NCBI GenBank assembly: GCA_965231095.1
Contig: OZ246416.1
Location: forward strand, 741,595-805,594
Direction: 5' to 3'
Length of the DNA stretch: 64,000 bases
From: an uncultured Gammaproteobacteria bacterium
GTDB taxonomy: Bacteria; Patescibacteriota; Patescibacteriia; XYB2-FULL-38-15
Positions 21,198-31,997 of this stretch are shown here, in pieces. The notes under the pieces were generated by a model. The model was given only the letters and a program-made list of their open reading frames with translations, made no database searches and had not been told where the DNA came from. How positions within the stretch are numbered: the first letter of the stretch is position 1; every line of letters begins with the position of its first letter. The translations under genes were made by a program, and so were the position numbers.

Positions 21198-23858
21198 TTA
21201 TTTTTTACTCAAAATTTTTTTCAGATATTGTCCGGTGTATGATTTTGGATTTTTTGCCAAATCTTCCGGAGTGCCGGTCGCGAGCAATTGTCCGCCCGCG
21301 TCGCCGCCGTCGGGTCCGAGGTCAATAACCCAATCCGCTGTTTTTATAAAATCCAAATTATGTTCAATTACAACAACGGTGTTTCCCAGGCTGACTAAGC
21401 GATGTAGTACTTCCAATAATTTTTCCACGTCGGCATAGTGCAGGCCAACTGTCGGTTCATCCAAGATATAAATCGTCCGGCCGGTGGAACGGCGGGCAAG
21501 CTCAGCCCCGAGTTTTATTCTTTGCGCCTCGCCGCCCGATAGTGTTGTCGCCGCCTGTCCGAGCGTTAGATATTGTAAACCGACTTCGCGAAGAATTTTC
21601 AGCCGATCATAAACCGGAGGAATATTTTTGAAAAATCCTTCGGCCTCTTCGATCGTCATCTGTAAAATTTCGTGAATATTTTTTTCTTTGTATTTTATGG
21701 CCAACGTCTCCCGGTCAAAACGGGTGCCGTTGCAGACCGGACAGGTGACGTAAACCGCTGGCAAAAAATGCATTTCAATTTTAATCAAGCCGGCGCCTTC
21801 GCAATTTTCACAACGTCCGCCGGGCACATTAAAACTGAAACGCCCCGGTTGATAGCCTCTGGCGCGGGCTTCGGGCAGGGCGGTAAAAAGTTCGCGGATG
21901 TGAGTCCAAGCGCCGGTGTAGGTGACCGGGTTTGAGCGCGGAGTGCGGCCGATTGGTGATTGGTCAATGACAATAACTTTATCCAAATAATCCAGCCCTT
22001 CAATCCGAGCATGTTTTCCCATTTGCCAGCCGGTGTGGTTGAGTTTATTGGAGAGGCCCCTATACAATATATCATTTATAAGCGTACTTTTTCCCGAGCC
22101 GGAAACGCCGGTCACACAAACAAAACGTTTCAGCGGAATTTTAACATCAATATTTTTTAAATTATTTTCCGTGGCGCCGACGATTTTAATTTGCCCCGAA
22201 GAAAAATATTTTTTTTCCGCATCAACATGGCGGCGTTTTTCGGGAATTTTAATTTCTTTATCTCCGCGCAAATAAGCCGCGGTCAGAGATTTTTTATCTT
22301 GCAGGACATCGGGCATAGGACCGGCCGCGACAATTTCTCCGCCGTGTACGCCGGCGCCCGGGCCGAGATCAACCAAATAATCAGCCATCCAAATTGTTTC
22401 CGGATCGTGTTCAACAACAATCACCGTGTTTCCGATATCGCGTAAATTTGCGAGCGTCGCCAATAATTTTTCATTATCTTTGGGATGAAGACCAATTGTC
22501 GGTTCGTCTAAAATGTAGAGCGCGCCGACCAGCCGCGAGCCAACCTGCGATGCCAGACGAATGCGTTGCGCTTCGCCGCCGGAAAGGGTGCCGGCCGTGC
22601 GGCCCAGAGTTAAATATCCCAAGCCGACGTTTAGCATAAATTCCAATCGGTTCATAATTTCTTTTAAAACGGTTTCCGCGATTTCTAAATCCGTTTCACC
22701 TAATTTTTGTAGAGTTACTCCATTTTTTTCTTTGCCAGATAACGCGGCAAAAAAAGTGCGCGCTTCTTCAATCGACATTTTTGTCACCTCTACAATATTT
22801 TTTTTGCCGACTAAAACAAATAAACTTTCTCTCCGAAGGCGCACTCCGCCGCAATCAGGACAAACTTTTTCAGAAAATAAAGATTCGGTGCCAAGGCCAT
22901 GACAAGTCGGACAGGCGCCGTAAGGACTATTGAAAGAAAAAAGGCGCGGTTCAATTTCCGGAAAAGAAAATCCGTCGTCCGGGCAAGAATATTTTGCCGA
23001 CATTATCATTTCTTCGCCATTATCCAAAATAGTCGTCACCACTCCCTGGCCGTATTTTAGCGCGCTCTCCACCGCTTCGGCTAAACGCGCCCGCAAGCCC
23101 TTATTATTTTCAAGCGGCCAGCCGAGCGTCACGCGGTCCACGACCAAATCAATGTTGTGTTGTTTGTAGCGAGCCAGAACAATTTTATTTTTTAAATCTC
23201 TGAATTTTCCGTTGACGCGCACTTCGGAAAAACCGTCGTTGTATAAATCATAAAGTAATTGATAATATTCTCCTTTTCGTCCGCGGACAACCGGGGCGAG
23301 AATGGTGATCGTGTCATTCTGAGTGACCGCAGGGAGCGAAGAATCTCCCGCGAATGCGGGTTTCCGGGACAAGCCCGGAGATCCTTCGCTACGCTCAGGA
23401 TGACGAGACGCGTCATGAATTTCCGTAGTTTTTTTCAAAATCAAATCAACCATTTCTTCGGCCGTCATTTTTTTAATTTCTTTTCCGCAGATTGGACAAT
23501 GTGGCTTGCCAACGCGCGCGAAAAGAACGCGAAGATAATCATAAATTTCCGTGATGGTCGCGACCGTGGAGCGGGGATTGGCGCTGTGGGCTTTTTGGTC
23601 AATGGAAATCGCCGGCGAGAGTCCTTCAATTTCGTCAACGTCGGGTTTGTCCATTTGTCCTAAAAATTGCCGGGCGTAGGCCGATAGTGATTCAACATAG
23701 CGCCGCTGGCCTTCGGCAAAAATCGTATCAAAAGCCAAGGAAGATTTTCCCGAACCGGAAAGTCCGGTAAAAACCGTCATTTTATTTCGCGGAATTTCCA
23801 GAGATACATTTTTTAAATTATGTTCTCGAGCTCCTTTAATTATAATTTTATCTTGCAT
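21198..23858 (-). CDS. uvrA: excinuclease ABC subunit A
   Basis: GAREHNLKN, two Walker A motifs, LSGGEAQR twice. Confidence 0.97.
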   Translation of the reverse strand: MQDKIIIKGAREHNLKNVSLEIPRNKMTVFTGLSGSGKSSLAFDTIFAEGQRRYVESLSAYARQFLGQMDKPDVDEIEGLSPAISIDQKAHSANPRSTVATITEIYDYLRVLFARVGKPHCPICGKEIKKMTAEEMVDLILKKTTEIHDASRHPERSEGSPGLSRKPAFAGDSSLPAVTQNDTITILAPVVRGRKGEYYQLLYDLYNDGFSEVRVNGKFRDLKNKIVLARYKQHNIDLVVDRVTLGWPLENNKGLRARLAEAVESALKYGQGVVTTILDNGEEMIMSAKYSCPDDGFSFPEIEPRLFSFNSPYGACPTCHGLGTESLFSEKVCPDCGGVRLRRESLFVLVGKKNIVEVTKMSIEEARTFFAALSGKEKNGVTLQKLGETDLEIAETVLKEIMNRLEFMLNVGLGYLTLGRTAGTLSGGEAQRIRLASQVGSRLVGALYILDEPTIGLHPKDNEKLLATLANLRDIGNTVIVVEHDPETIWMADYLVDLGPGAGVHGGEIVAAGPMPDVLQDKKSLTAAYLRGDKEIKIPEKRRHVDAEKKYFSSGQIKIVGATENNLKNIDVKIPLKRFVCVTGVSGSGKSTLINDILYRGLSNKLNHTGWQMGKHARIEGLDYLDKVIVIDQSPIGRTPRSNPVTYTGAWTHIRELFTALPEARARGYQPGRFSFNVPGGRCENCEGAGLIKIEMHFLPAVYVTCPVCNGTRFDRETLAIKYKEKNIHEILQMTIEEAEGFFKNIPPVYDRLKILREVGLQYLTLGQAATTLSGGEAQRIKLGAELARRSTGRTIYILDEPTVGLHYADVEKLLEVLHRLVSLGNTVVVIEHNLDFIKTADWVIDLGPDGGDAGGQLLATGTPEDLAKNPKSYTGQYLKKILSKK
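23313..23404. repeat. palindromic REP/RPE-like element inserted in-frame in uvrA
   Basis: Ends GTCATTCTGAG...CTCAGGATGAC; encodes [31 protein letters not shown]. Confidence 0.8.
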
Positions 23859-24179
23859 AATATTGACTTATTTTAATATATTTGTAATAATTTATTTTGT
23901 ACGGTTTTGGTTTGCCGTTTGGCGGACCACCGTCCGAGGAAGAAGGAGGTGGGAAGGGAATGAATCACGAGTTCGTGCGCGTTCGTTCGCAGGGTCCGCC
24001 GGGTCGTTCGTCCTGATCCCTCAACGCCGAATTGGGAGGAGGTGACAGGTCGAGGGTACCCTTGACACGGGACGGAGGTCGTCGGTTTAGCGGCTTAAGT
24101 GTCGCCGCAGAAATGTGAATCGGCGAAAGCTCCGGCAGCCCTCAAATCTTCTTTTTCCCACCCAGTCCCCGGGACGCGT

Positions 24180-26186
24180 TCACTCGCGTTTCGGGGCTTT
24201 TTTTAATACTTTTATTTCATCTCGTAGCAGTGCAGCTAATTCAAACTCTAGATTCTGCGCCGCGGCCCTCATTTGCTTTTCTTTTTCTTTGATTATTTCT
24301 TCAAGATTTTTTCCTTTTTGGGCGGCGAGATCCAGATCCAAAATACTTTTAACTTTTTCTGTTTTAGTTTCCTCGCCAATAATGTCTTTAATTTTCTTTT
24401 CAATCGTGCGCGGCGTAATGCCGTGTTTTTTGTTATAGGCAATTTGCGTTTTTCGCCGGCGAAAAGTTTCTTTAATCGCTCGTTCCATGGAGCCGGTCAT
24501 TTGGTCCGCATAAAGAATAACCTGCCCGCGAACATTGCGGGCTGCTCGGCCGATTGTCTGGATGAGTGAAGTTTCACTTCGTAAAAATCCTTCTTTGTCC
24601 GCGTCCAAAATGGCGACGAGCGTCACTTCCGGCAAATCAAGCCCTTCGCGCAATAAATTAACGCCAACCAAAATATCAAATTTTCCTCGGCGAAATTCGG
24701 TCAGAATTTTTATCCGATCTAAAGTTTCCACTTCGCTGTGAATATATTTTACTTTAATTTTTTTCTCCGTTAGATAATCGGTTAAATCCTCGGCCATTTT
24801 TTTGGTTAAAGTTGTGACCATCACCCGTTCATTACGCCCGACGCGCTCGATAATTCTGTCCATTAAATCATCAACTTGGGATTTTTCGCCGGGATTTCTT
24901 GGCGTGATCGGTTTAACAATAATTTCCGGATCAATCAGGCCGGTTGGGCGAATAATTTGCTCAACAATTTGCGAACTTTTTTCCAGTTCATAATTGGCCG
25001 GCGTGGCAGAAGTATAAATTGTCTGCGGTATCCGCGTTTCAAATTCCCCGAATTTTAACGGCCGGTTGTCGGCGGCGGAAGGCAGACGAAAACCGAATTC
25101 AACCAAGGCGCGCTTTCGTGAAGCGTCGCCTTCATACATTCCGGAAAGTTGCGGCACGGTGACGTGGGATTCGTCAATTACCATTAACCAATTTTTATCT
25201 TTTCCAAAGTAATCGAGCAAGGTTTCCGGCGGTTCGCCCGCCTCGCGGCCCGACAGGTGCCGTGAATAATTTTCAATCCCGTGGCAATAGCCGACTTCTT
25301 TTATCATTTCCAAATCGTAATTTGTTCGGCGCTCTAATCTTTCCGCCTCAAGCAATTTTCCGTTTTTATTAAAATATTCCAAACGGTCTTTTAATTCTGC
25401 CTGGATAGTTTTAAACGCCCGTTCACGTTCCGGGCCAAGCGTCACGAAGTGTTTTGCCGGAAAAATCCAGACATCGGCCGGCTCATCTTTTATTTTTCGC
25501 GTCACCGGATCAATCGCAAAGATTTTATTTATTTTTTGCGCGCTTGATTCCACTCGATAAATAATTTCTTGGTTCACCGGCATGATTTCTAAAGTTTCCC
25601 CGCGCAAACGAAATTCGCCGCGTTTCAAATCAGAATTTGTCCGATTAAATTGCATGGTGATTAATTGGCTTAACAAATCCGTGCGGGTAATAGTTTGGCT
25701 AGTACTCAAATGTAAAACAATTTTTTCATAAGTTTCCGGTGCGCCCAAACCATAAATGCAAGAAACTGAAGCAACAATAATCACGTCGCGGCGAGTGAGC
25801 AAGGCCTGGGTCGCGGCGTGGCGGAGGCGGTCAATTTCGTCGTTGATCATTGACTCCTTTTCAATATAAGTATCGGTTCGCGGCAAGTAGGCTTCGGGTT
25901 GATAATAATCGTAATAAGAGACAAAATATTCCACGGCATTATCCGGGAAAAATTCGCGGAACTCATTGCAGAGTTGGGCCGCCAAAGTTTTGTTGTGGGC
26001 GATGACGAGGGTGGGTTTGTTAATTTTCGCGATAACATTGGCTACAGTAAAAGTTTTGCCCGAACCGGTCACACCAAGCAACGTTTGGTGGCCGTAGTTT
26101 TTTTTCAAACCATTAACAAGTTTGGTGATGGCTTCTGGTTGATCACCCGATGGTTTGAATTTGGATTTTAATTTGAATTTGTTCAT
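24180..26186 (-). CDS. uvrB: excinuclease ABC subunit B
   Basis: [36 protein letters not shown]; start MNKFKL at 26186. Confidence 0.97.
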   Translation of the reverse strand: MNKFKLKSKFKPSGDQPEAITKLVNGLKKNYGHQTLLGVTGSGKTFTVANVIAKINKPTLVIAHNKTLAAQLCNEFREFFPDNAVEYFVSYYDYYQPEAYLPRTDTYIEKESMINDEIDRLRHAATQALLTRRDVIIVASVSCIYGLGAPETYEKIVLHLSTSQTITRTDLLSQLITMQFNRTNSDLKRGEFRLRGETLEIMPVNQEIIYRVESSAQKINKIFAIDPVTRKIKDEPADVWIFPAKHFVTLGPERERAFKTIQAELKDRLEYFNKNGKLLEAERLERRTNYDLEMIKEVGYCHGIENYSRHLSGREAGEPPETLLDYFGKDKNWLMVIDESHVTVPQLSGMYEGDASRKRALVEFGFRLPSAADNRPLKFGEFETRIPQTIYTSATPANYELEKSSQIVEQIIRPTGLIDPEIIVKPITPRNPGEKSQVDDLMDRIIERVGRNERVMVTTLTKKMAEDLTDYLTEKKIKVKYIHSEVETLDRIKILTEFRRGKFDILVGVNLLREGLDLPEVTLVAILDADKEGFLRSETSLIQTIGRAARNVRGQVILYADQMTGSMERAIKETFRRRKTQIAYNKKHGITPRTIEKKIKDIIGEETKTEKVKSILDLDLAAQKGKNLEEIIKEKEKQMRAAAQNLEFELAALLRDEIKVLKKAPKRE

Positions 26187-26379
26187 ATACGCAAAAAATT
26201 CCCCAAGATTCCTCCTCACTAGGGAGGAGCGGGGCATGTTTGTAAAGAAACAGAAATCTTTCCGTTCTTATTGTAAACGTATAGTAACACGAAAAATTTT
26301 GTTTGTCAACAGCGACTTGACAAATTAGATTTTGTGGCTTAAAATATAAAATCACGGATAATAAGGGGAGGAAAGGAGG

Positions 26380-27156
26380 ATGGCCGTGAGTGAGGAAAAT
26401 GGAAAAGAAAAGGGGTCCGACTCGGAAGAGCAGTCGCCTTCGGGCGAAGAGACGTTGAACGGAGCGACTGGGCGCTATGACCTGCCCGGCGAAGGTTCAG
26501 AAGGCGAGCTTCTCGCGAGGAAGGTTAGGGAGGCCTCGATCAAGAAGTTCGAGGTCGGGGAGCACCTCTTCCACGCGGGACAGCCGGCTACTTGCTTCTG
26601 GATGATCAGGTCGGGTAGGGTCGCTCAGTACAAGGGCGAAACCCGAATCAGTGAAATGGGCCCGAATCGTTTTCTCGGGATGAGGACCTTCATGCTCGGC
26701 GGGAAGTTTGAGACGACAGCTCAGGTCATAGAGCCGAGCAAGATCATTGAGCTCGGCCAGGCATTCCTCGAGGATTTTCTCAAGTTGCCGACCGCGGTAC
26801 TGGCATTTCTTAAGGAACAGGAGCTGGAGCTCTTCCGTCTCACAGAGGCCGGCCGACGGTGCGACATCTTCCTTGTTGCTGCTCGAGAGGAGAACACTCG
26901 ACTCAAAGAGCAGCTGAAGCGGGGAGTGAAAGCCACTGCGGGGAATGGCGCTGTTGGCGAATTGACTCTGCAAGAAGTGAAAGCTAAGGTCAATGCAGCG
27001 TCAAAGGCTCTGGATGATCTGGCTAAGAGTGGATCCGTCCCCTGGAAAGTTTTGCAGAAGGAGGAAAGCTTCCTGCTGCTTTACCTTGCCATCAAGGATG
27101 CGGCGGAGAAGCTTGGGGGAATTGACCTTTCCAGCCGTGCCAGTCGTCACGAGTAG
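26380..27156 (+). CDS. cyclic-nucleotide-binding domain protein with coiled coil (GC-rich solo cassette)
   Basis: GEHLFHAG...IRSGRV...GPNRFLG cNMP beta-roll; promoter TTGACA(26317)-17-TAAAAT; GGAGG RBS; terminator follows. Confidence 0.7.
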   Translation: MAVSEENGKEKGSDSEEQSPSGEETLNGATGRYDLPGEGSEGELLARKVREASIKKFEVGEHLFHAGQPATCFWMIRSGRVAQYKGETRISEMGPNRFLGMRTFMLGGKFETTAQVIEPSKIIELGQAFLEDFLKLPTAVLAFLKEQELELFRLTEAGRRCDIFLVAAREENTRLKEQLKRGVKATAGNGAVGELTLQEVKAKVNAASKALDDLAKSGSVPWKVLQKEESFLLLYLAIKDAAEKLGGIDLSSRASRHE

Positions 27157-27298
27157 GAGGATCTCGCCGGTTGTGTGAAAACGCAGCCGGCTTTTTTTAT
27201 TTTGCAAAAACGCAGAAATTTTTCATAAAAAAATCCCACACCAAGTTGTGATGTGGGTTGCCGAGATTTTTGGTCTCGGCAAAGAGGAGGACGTCCGG

Positions 27299-28057
27299 TC
27301 ACGGCTCGGGCGGAGGGCAGCCGGTTATCGGACACTTGGCTGCGGTCCACTCGCCGAGGTCATCGCCGGTTGATTCGCTGACGACTCGGCCGACGACGTG
27401 TTCGTGATCCGCGAACTCGCCGGTGTAGCGGTAGTCGCCGGAAGTGAATTCAATTTGCCGGCCGTTGATTTCCGGCTCAAAAGAAGCGGCGAGGAGTTTT
27501 CGTCCGTTTTGGGAAACGTGGAGTTCGAACGCGAAGGGGAAAGTCGCCCCTTGAATTATCCAGTTTCCTTCGGCATTTATCACCGCTCGGATGGTGCGCG
27601 GAGCGCTGCAGACTTCGGGGACGCACGGCGCGCATCCGCTTCCGCCGAGGTAGTTTCTGCAGTCGTTTGTGGCGCAAACTCGGATTGTTGTTTCCGGTTC
27701 GCCCTCGCCGCCGGAATCCAAAATGTCAACCAGAGTGGAAATGATGGCCGAAGCGTCGCGGTAGGTTTCGGGGTCAGCGTCAATAGTCGCAAGATGGACA
27801 AGTTCCGAATCAACAATTTGCCACTCCACTCTCTTGAACGTGTCCATGCCCCGCCCGTTGATGACGCGGGCGAGAAGCTTGTAGTCGTCGGTGTTAGTTT
27901 CATCTCCGACCGGAACAGCCGACGCGCCATCTTCACTGCTGCCCGAAACTGCCACGGCTGTCGCGATATAGAATTCTCCGGGACAGAGTTCCATGTAGGT
28001 TTCCCGGCAGCCGAAGAAAACCGCGGAAAGAACCACGAACGTAATTTTTGTCTTCAT
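27299..28057 (-). CDS. putative Cys-rich lipoprotein (GC-rich solo cassette)
   Basis: AAAGGAGG RBS; signal peptide ending VFFGC; several Cys residues. Confidence 0.6.
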   Translation of the reverse strand: MKTKITFVVLSAVFFGCRETYMELCPGEFYIATAVAVSGSSEDGASAVPVGDETNTDDYKLLARVINGRGMDTFKRVEWQIVDSELVHLATIDADPETYRDASAIISTLVDILDSGGEGEPETTIRVCATNDCRNYLGGSGCAPCVPEVCSAPRTIRAVINAEGNWIIQGATFPFAFELHVSQNGRKLLAASFEPEINGRQIEFTSGDYRYTGEFADHEHVVGRVVSESTGDDLGEWTAAKCPITGCPPPEP

Positions 28058-28121
28058 GAGCTTCCTCCTTTGCTCATTTTTATTTTAACAAAATTGTAAT
28101 AAAATTAAAATATTTATGATA

Positions 28122-28840
28122 ATAAAAAAACGGAAGGCCTGCGCGACGTCTGTGACGCCCTGCAAACCTTCCGGTTGGTCTCTTGGGAGTTATCCTTTGT
28201 TTTCGGATCTCACCCGTGAGACCGTGGTCGAGCGACTGTGCCCAACCTGTTCGGGAATTTAATCCCTACTTTTGTGCCCGTTTTGCCCGTCGGGCGGCGG
28301 GGCGCGATTTTTTAAACCGGAATGACTGGACACTTTTGCCAGCCCGCGGTCTTAACGAGGTAATCGCTACTTTGCGCGGCAGTCGCTGCTTTGCGCAAGG
28401 AGCGCCGTACTTGCGACCTCGTCGCGCTACCCCGACTGGTAAATTCCGCTTGGGGCGCATTCCATTTTGTCCCCAAACTCTGGTTTCCCGTCCACCAGGG
28501 ATCAGACAATTTCATTGCTGTTGCCGCGCCGTCTGCCGGGGCGCTTTAGTTCAGCTTGAGCCGCAACGCCCAGCTCTGCCAGGCTCGCATCACACTCCCT
28601 TTCCATGCCAGATTTACTGGAGAAGGCGAAGAGGTGGAGTCGCCAATTTACCAAAAGACGACGACCCCGATCGTTGACCCGCGGTTGCAGGCCAGCCAAG
28701 TCAATGGGCAGACCAATTTGTGTTTGCCGCGCCAGTCTGCCGTGGCGCTTTACTAATTCATTCCCGTGCCCTATTCCTCCTTCCACAAAGAAAAATAATT
28801 ATTTATTCAGCTTTATGGAAAGAGGCATTTGCGCAAAGAA
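28122..28840 (-). ncRNA. large structured ncRNA candidate (~700 nt)
   Basis: Promoter TTGACA(28875)-17-TATTAT, terminal hairpin plus U-tract, no convincing ORF, duplicated ~29-nt stem-loop. Confidence 0.4.
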
Positions 28841-28930
28841 TTTTTAATAATATCATGGCCTTTATTTTTTGTCAAGAGTTTCTATAAAACAAAAAAGGCC
28901 GCTTAGCCCCTCTTGTTAATTCTCCTAAAA

Positions 28931-29050
28931 TTAGCAACAGCAACAAGAACATCCTTTTAATCTTTTGGTGTGTTTGCGTAATTCTTTGCCCTTTTTAGTA
29001 TTTTTTAAAGCCTGCTTTGTTCTGGCTTTCGCCGCGCTGTTTTGTCCCAT
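28931..29050 (-). CDS. 39-aa basic peptide ending GCSCCCC
   Basis: Hand-translated MGQNSAAKARTKQALKNTKKGKELRKHTKRLKGCSCCCC*; below the ORF-track length cutoff. Confidence 0.5.
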   Translation of the reverse strand: MGQNSAAKARTKQALKNTKKGKELRKHTKRLKGCSCCCC

Positions 29051-29174
29051 ATGTTTTGGATTAGTTATTTAATAAATTTATTTTGCCATATTTTTAGCGA
29101 GTGGTCAACTTCATTGATTTTTAATGATAAATATTGTATGATTAAATACGCATTAAGTCCTAACTTTAAAAGTT

Positions 29175-29945
29175 ATGTGGAACACTTTAATTACAATCGG
29201 CGTTATCGTTCTCGCGATTCTTTTGGCTTCCATCCGCCAAATCAACCAGTATCAGCGGGGCGTAAAATTCACGATGGGTCGATATACCGGAGTCATGGCG
29301 CCGGGCTGGCGTCTAGTGATTCCCGTTTTTCAAACCGCCAGAAAAGTTGATATGAGAATCAAGGCGGTTGACGTTCCGGATCAGGAAGCGATTACCAAAG
29401 ATAATATTTCCGTCCGCGTGAACGCCGTGATTTATTACAAAGTCCGCGACGCGAATCAAGTGATTATTGAAGTGGAAGATTTTGGTTATGCCACTTCGCA
29501 ACTTGCTCAAACGACGATGAGAAATGTGGTCGGCGAAGTGAATCTTGATGAATTACTTTCCAGCCGCGAAGCCATCGCGGAAAAAATTAGAGAAATCGTG
29601 GACAAGGCCACTGATGCCTGGGGGATTGAAGTTCATTCGGTGGAATTGAAAGATGTGACTTTGCCGGAAGAAATGAAACGAGTCATTGGCAAACAAGCCG
29701 AGGCGGAACGGGAAAAGAGATCGGTAATTATTAAAGCCGAAGGTGAAGTTATCGCCGCGGAAAATTTAGCCAAAGCGGCGCAGACTTTAGCCGCGTCTGA
29801 CGGGGCGCTGCATCTTCGCACTTTGAGCACGATTAATGATGTAAGTTCGGACCAATCAAATACAATTGTTTTTGCTATTCCGCTTGAAGTTTTGCGGGCG
29901 TTTGAAAGAATGGGGAGAAAAGATAAAGAAAAAGAGCAGGCGTAA
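29175..29945 (+). CDS. SPFH/stomatin (band 7) family protein
   Basis: QEAITKDN, LAQTTMRNVVG, QAEAEREKR, LRTL. Confidence 0.92.
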   Translation: MWNTLITIGVIVLAILLASIRQINQYQRGVKFTMGRYTGVMAPGWRLVIPVFQTARKVDMRIKAVDVPDQEAITKDNISVRVNAVIYYKVRDANQVIIEVEDFGYATSQLAQTTMRNVVGEVNLDELLSSREAIAEKIREIVDKATDAWGIEVHSVELKDVTLPEEMKRVIGKQAEAEREKRSVIIKAEGEVIAAENLAKAAQTLAASDGALHLRTLSTINDVSSDQSNTIVFAIPLEVLRAFERMGRKDKEKEQA

Positions 29946-29998
29946 AAATATATTAAAAAACGTCCTGGGAAATCCGGGGCGTTTTTATTTTTATAAAT

Positions 29999-30415
29999 TT
30001 ATTTTATTCCGTGTTCATTAAAAAATTCCGTGTAGTGTTTATCCATTAAAGTGACGTGCCCCAAGAGCCAATCCACGGCAAAATCGGAAAGTTCGCGACC
30101 GATTTTTTTTACGTCCGCGTTCGGACTTTGTGCTTTGGCTAAAAATTCTTTTATTTTTTCACGGTAGCGGTTGTGCTCGGCAATATGAAGTTCGCTTCCC
30201 GGAAATTTGTATTCTTCAAAATAAGTTTCTTCGGAAGAGAAGTGTAGTGAGGCGTAGTTGCTAAACTCAATTAGGCTCATTAATATTTTTTCTTGGCTGA
30301 TCTCGTCTTGCATGGAGAAGGCGTCAATTTGGTTTGCAAGATCAATATAACGTTTGTGTTGGTCATCAAAAACTTTTACGCCAACGCTGTAATTTTCGTT
30401 CCAAGTGAAAGGCAT
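29999..30415 (-). CDS. bacteriohemerythrin
   Basis: W...SVGV..D.QH, HFSSEE, HIAEH, WLLGH...D. Confidence 0.9.
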   Translation of the reverse strand: MPFTWNENYSVGVKVFDDQHKRYIDLANQIDAFSMQDEISQEKILMSLIEFSNYASLHFSSEETYFEEYKFPGSELHIAEHNRYREKIKEFLAKAQSPNADVKKIGRELSDFAVDWLLGHVTLMDKHYTEFFNEHGIK

Positions 30416-30534
30416 AGTATTTTTTAAAATTAATTTTTAAGTATATTTATATTACAACAAAAAATATTTTTGGGCAAGATAAAAAATCTCCCACAAGAGT
30501 GTTCTCGTGGGAGTAGCGGTGCGTATCGGGCGCA

Positions 30535-30867
30535 TCAAGTGCAGCCGTGGGGGACATGGCCGGGATGGCCGATGGGGTGGGCGCAGATCTCATCGTCCCA
30601 TTCCTTGATCGCGCGATCTTCGGCTTCTTCGGCGAGACGGCGTTCCTCGGCTTGTCGCGCCAGAAGGTCTTCTAGGGTTTCTGGGCGCAAGAGGTCGCCG
30701 GCGCGGAGCGTCCGCGGGACACGCTTCTTCTTACGGCTCTTGCGGCGCGTGATTGCGACATCGGCTCGTCCGCCCGATCGGTTTGTGGCAGGCGTGAGAG
30801 GAACCGCAGTCTGTCGGCACCCCTCATGGAATGCTTGCACGCCCCTTTGTTTTTGACGGGAACTCAT
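30535..30867 (-). CDS. hypothetical protein (GC-rich solo cassette)
   Basis: AAGGAGG RBS before the ATG; basic stretch; C/H-rich tail CAHPIGHPGHVPHGC. Confidence 0.4.
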   Translation of the reverse strand: MSSRQKQRGVQAFHEGCRQTAVPLTPATNRSGGRADVAITRRKSRKKKRVPRTLRAGDLLRPETLEDLLARQAEERRLAEEAEDRAIKEWDDEICAHPIGHPGHVPHGCT

Positions 30868-31053
30868 GTCAAGTCCTCCTTCTTGTCCGCTCTTGGCGGA
30901 TTTTTTCGCTGATTAAAGTTTAGCATTTTAAAAATTTTTGTAAATATAAAAATTCTTGACAAATTTTTAAAAAAGCTTTATTGTATAAAGCCGATAGTTT
31001 TTTTGCGGGGCAAGGCTCCAAAAGGAGAGGAGGAGGAGACGGACGGAAGGTTC

Positions 31054-31308
31054 ATGGATCTGACGAGGGACAGAAGGCTTCACCTGACGGATTTTCTCAA
31101 GACGCACGTCGGGCGCGGCGAGGAAATCGTCGCGATCAAGGAGGTGCCGGTCGACAACCACGTGCGAGTGGCGCGTGAAGAGGACGGGACCACGAGTTTC
31201 GTCGTGGTCTACGTGACCGAGGTCGGACCGGAAAGGGTCGTGGCGCGGGGTCTGCGCGACGGCGAGTTCGCTTTCAGCCCCGACTATCCCTGCATCGTGC
31301 GCGTGTAG
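31054..31308 (+). CDS. hypothetical protein (GC-rich solo cassette)
   Basis: Promoter TTGACA(30956)-17-TATTGT, GGAGG-rich leader, terminator at ~31340-31368; start at ATG 31054 is inferred. Confidence 0.55.
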   Translation: MDLTRDRRLHLTDFLKTHVGRGEEIVAIKEVPVDNHVRVAREEDGTTSFVVVYVTEVGPERVVARGLRDGEFAFSPDYPCIVRV

Positions 31309-31379
31309 TCTCCGCGGTAGTACAACCAATTCGGCTCGTAGCCACCTGAAATATGGTGGCTTTTTTTATATAATTTTTC

Positions 31380-31419
31380 AAACAAAAACACCTCGCCCTA
31401 ATGACGAGATGTTTTTATG
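31380..31419. repeat. 40-bp direct repeat of the tRNA-His 3' terminator region (att-like)
   Basis: 39/40 identical to 41080-41119; a degenerate third copy lies at ~31878-31913. Confidence 0.85.
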
Positions 31420-31437
31420 CGTGGTGTAGGGAAGTAT

Positions 31438-31848
31438 TCAGAGTTTTGGACGGAGTGAAGATTCGGGAGGAACTGCTATTTTTCTTTTTTCAAACCAGCC
31501 AATCAAAAATAAAATTCCCACAAGAAACGCCGGCGCGCCGACTATCAGCGAAATGGTAAAAGAGATGTACCAGGGTTCGGCGTCCATTCGTGTAAGTGAA
31601 AAAATTATGTGTAATATACTCGCGAGAATAAAAGTGACCCCGCCAACAATTTCATATTTCCACGAGATTATGAGAATGATCAACAATATCAAGGCGGGGA
31701 TATTATGCATAAACAAACCGAGGGCTATTTGTCCGAAAGTCAGCCCTGGTTCAAAAACATCCAGTGAAAACATCATTAAAAAAATAACAAAGATTATTGA
31801 TAATATCCTTGGCGCCCAATATATAAATTTATTAATTTTTTTATCCAT
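31438..31848 (-). CDS. small 4-TM membrane protein
   Basis: WAPRILSI...FSLDVF...LFMHNIP; hydrophobic. Confidence 0.7.
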   Translation of the reverse strand: MDKKINKFIYWAPRILSIIFVIFLMMFSLDVFEPGLTFGQIALGLFMHNIPALILLIILIISWKYEIVGGVTFILASILHIIFSLTRMDAEPWYISFTISLIVGAPAFLVGILFLIGWFEKRKIAVPPESSLRPKL

Positions 31849-31997
31849 ACATTTATTATACTCTACTTTCCAAAACCAAAACACCTCCCGCGAAGGAGAT
31901 GTTTTGGTGGGGTCACGTAGTGGAGTCTATTGGAACTATTTTTAGAAGTTTAAACGGAGATATCTATATTCCCCAACTCACTGGCTGAGATTGAAAT

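Noticed and set aside
28380-28435. Group II intron domain V-like sequence in the large ncRNA candidate
   Set aside because: GTCGCAAGTACGG resembles the 3' half, but the pairing AGC/CGC-CGTA 5' arm is missing on that strand.
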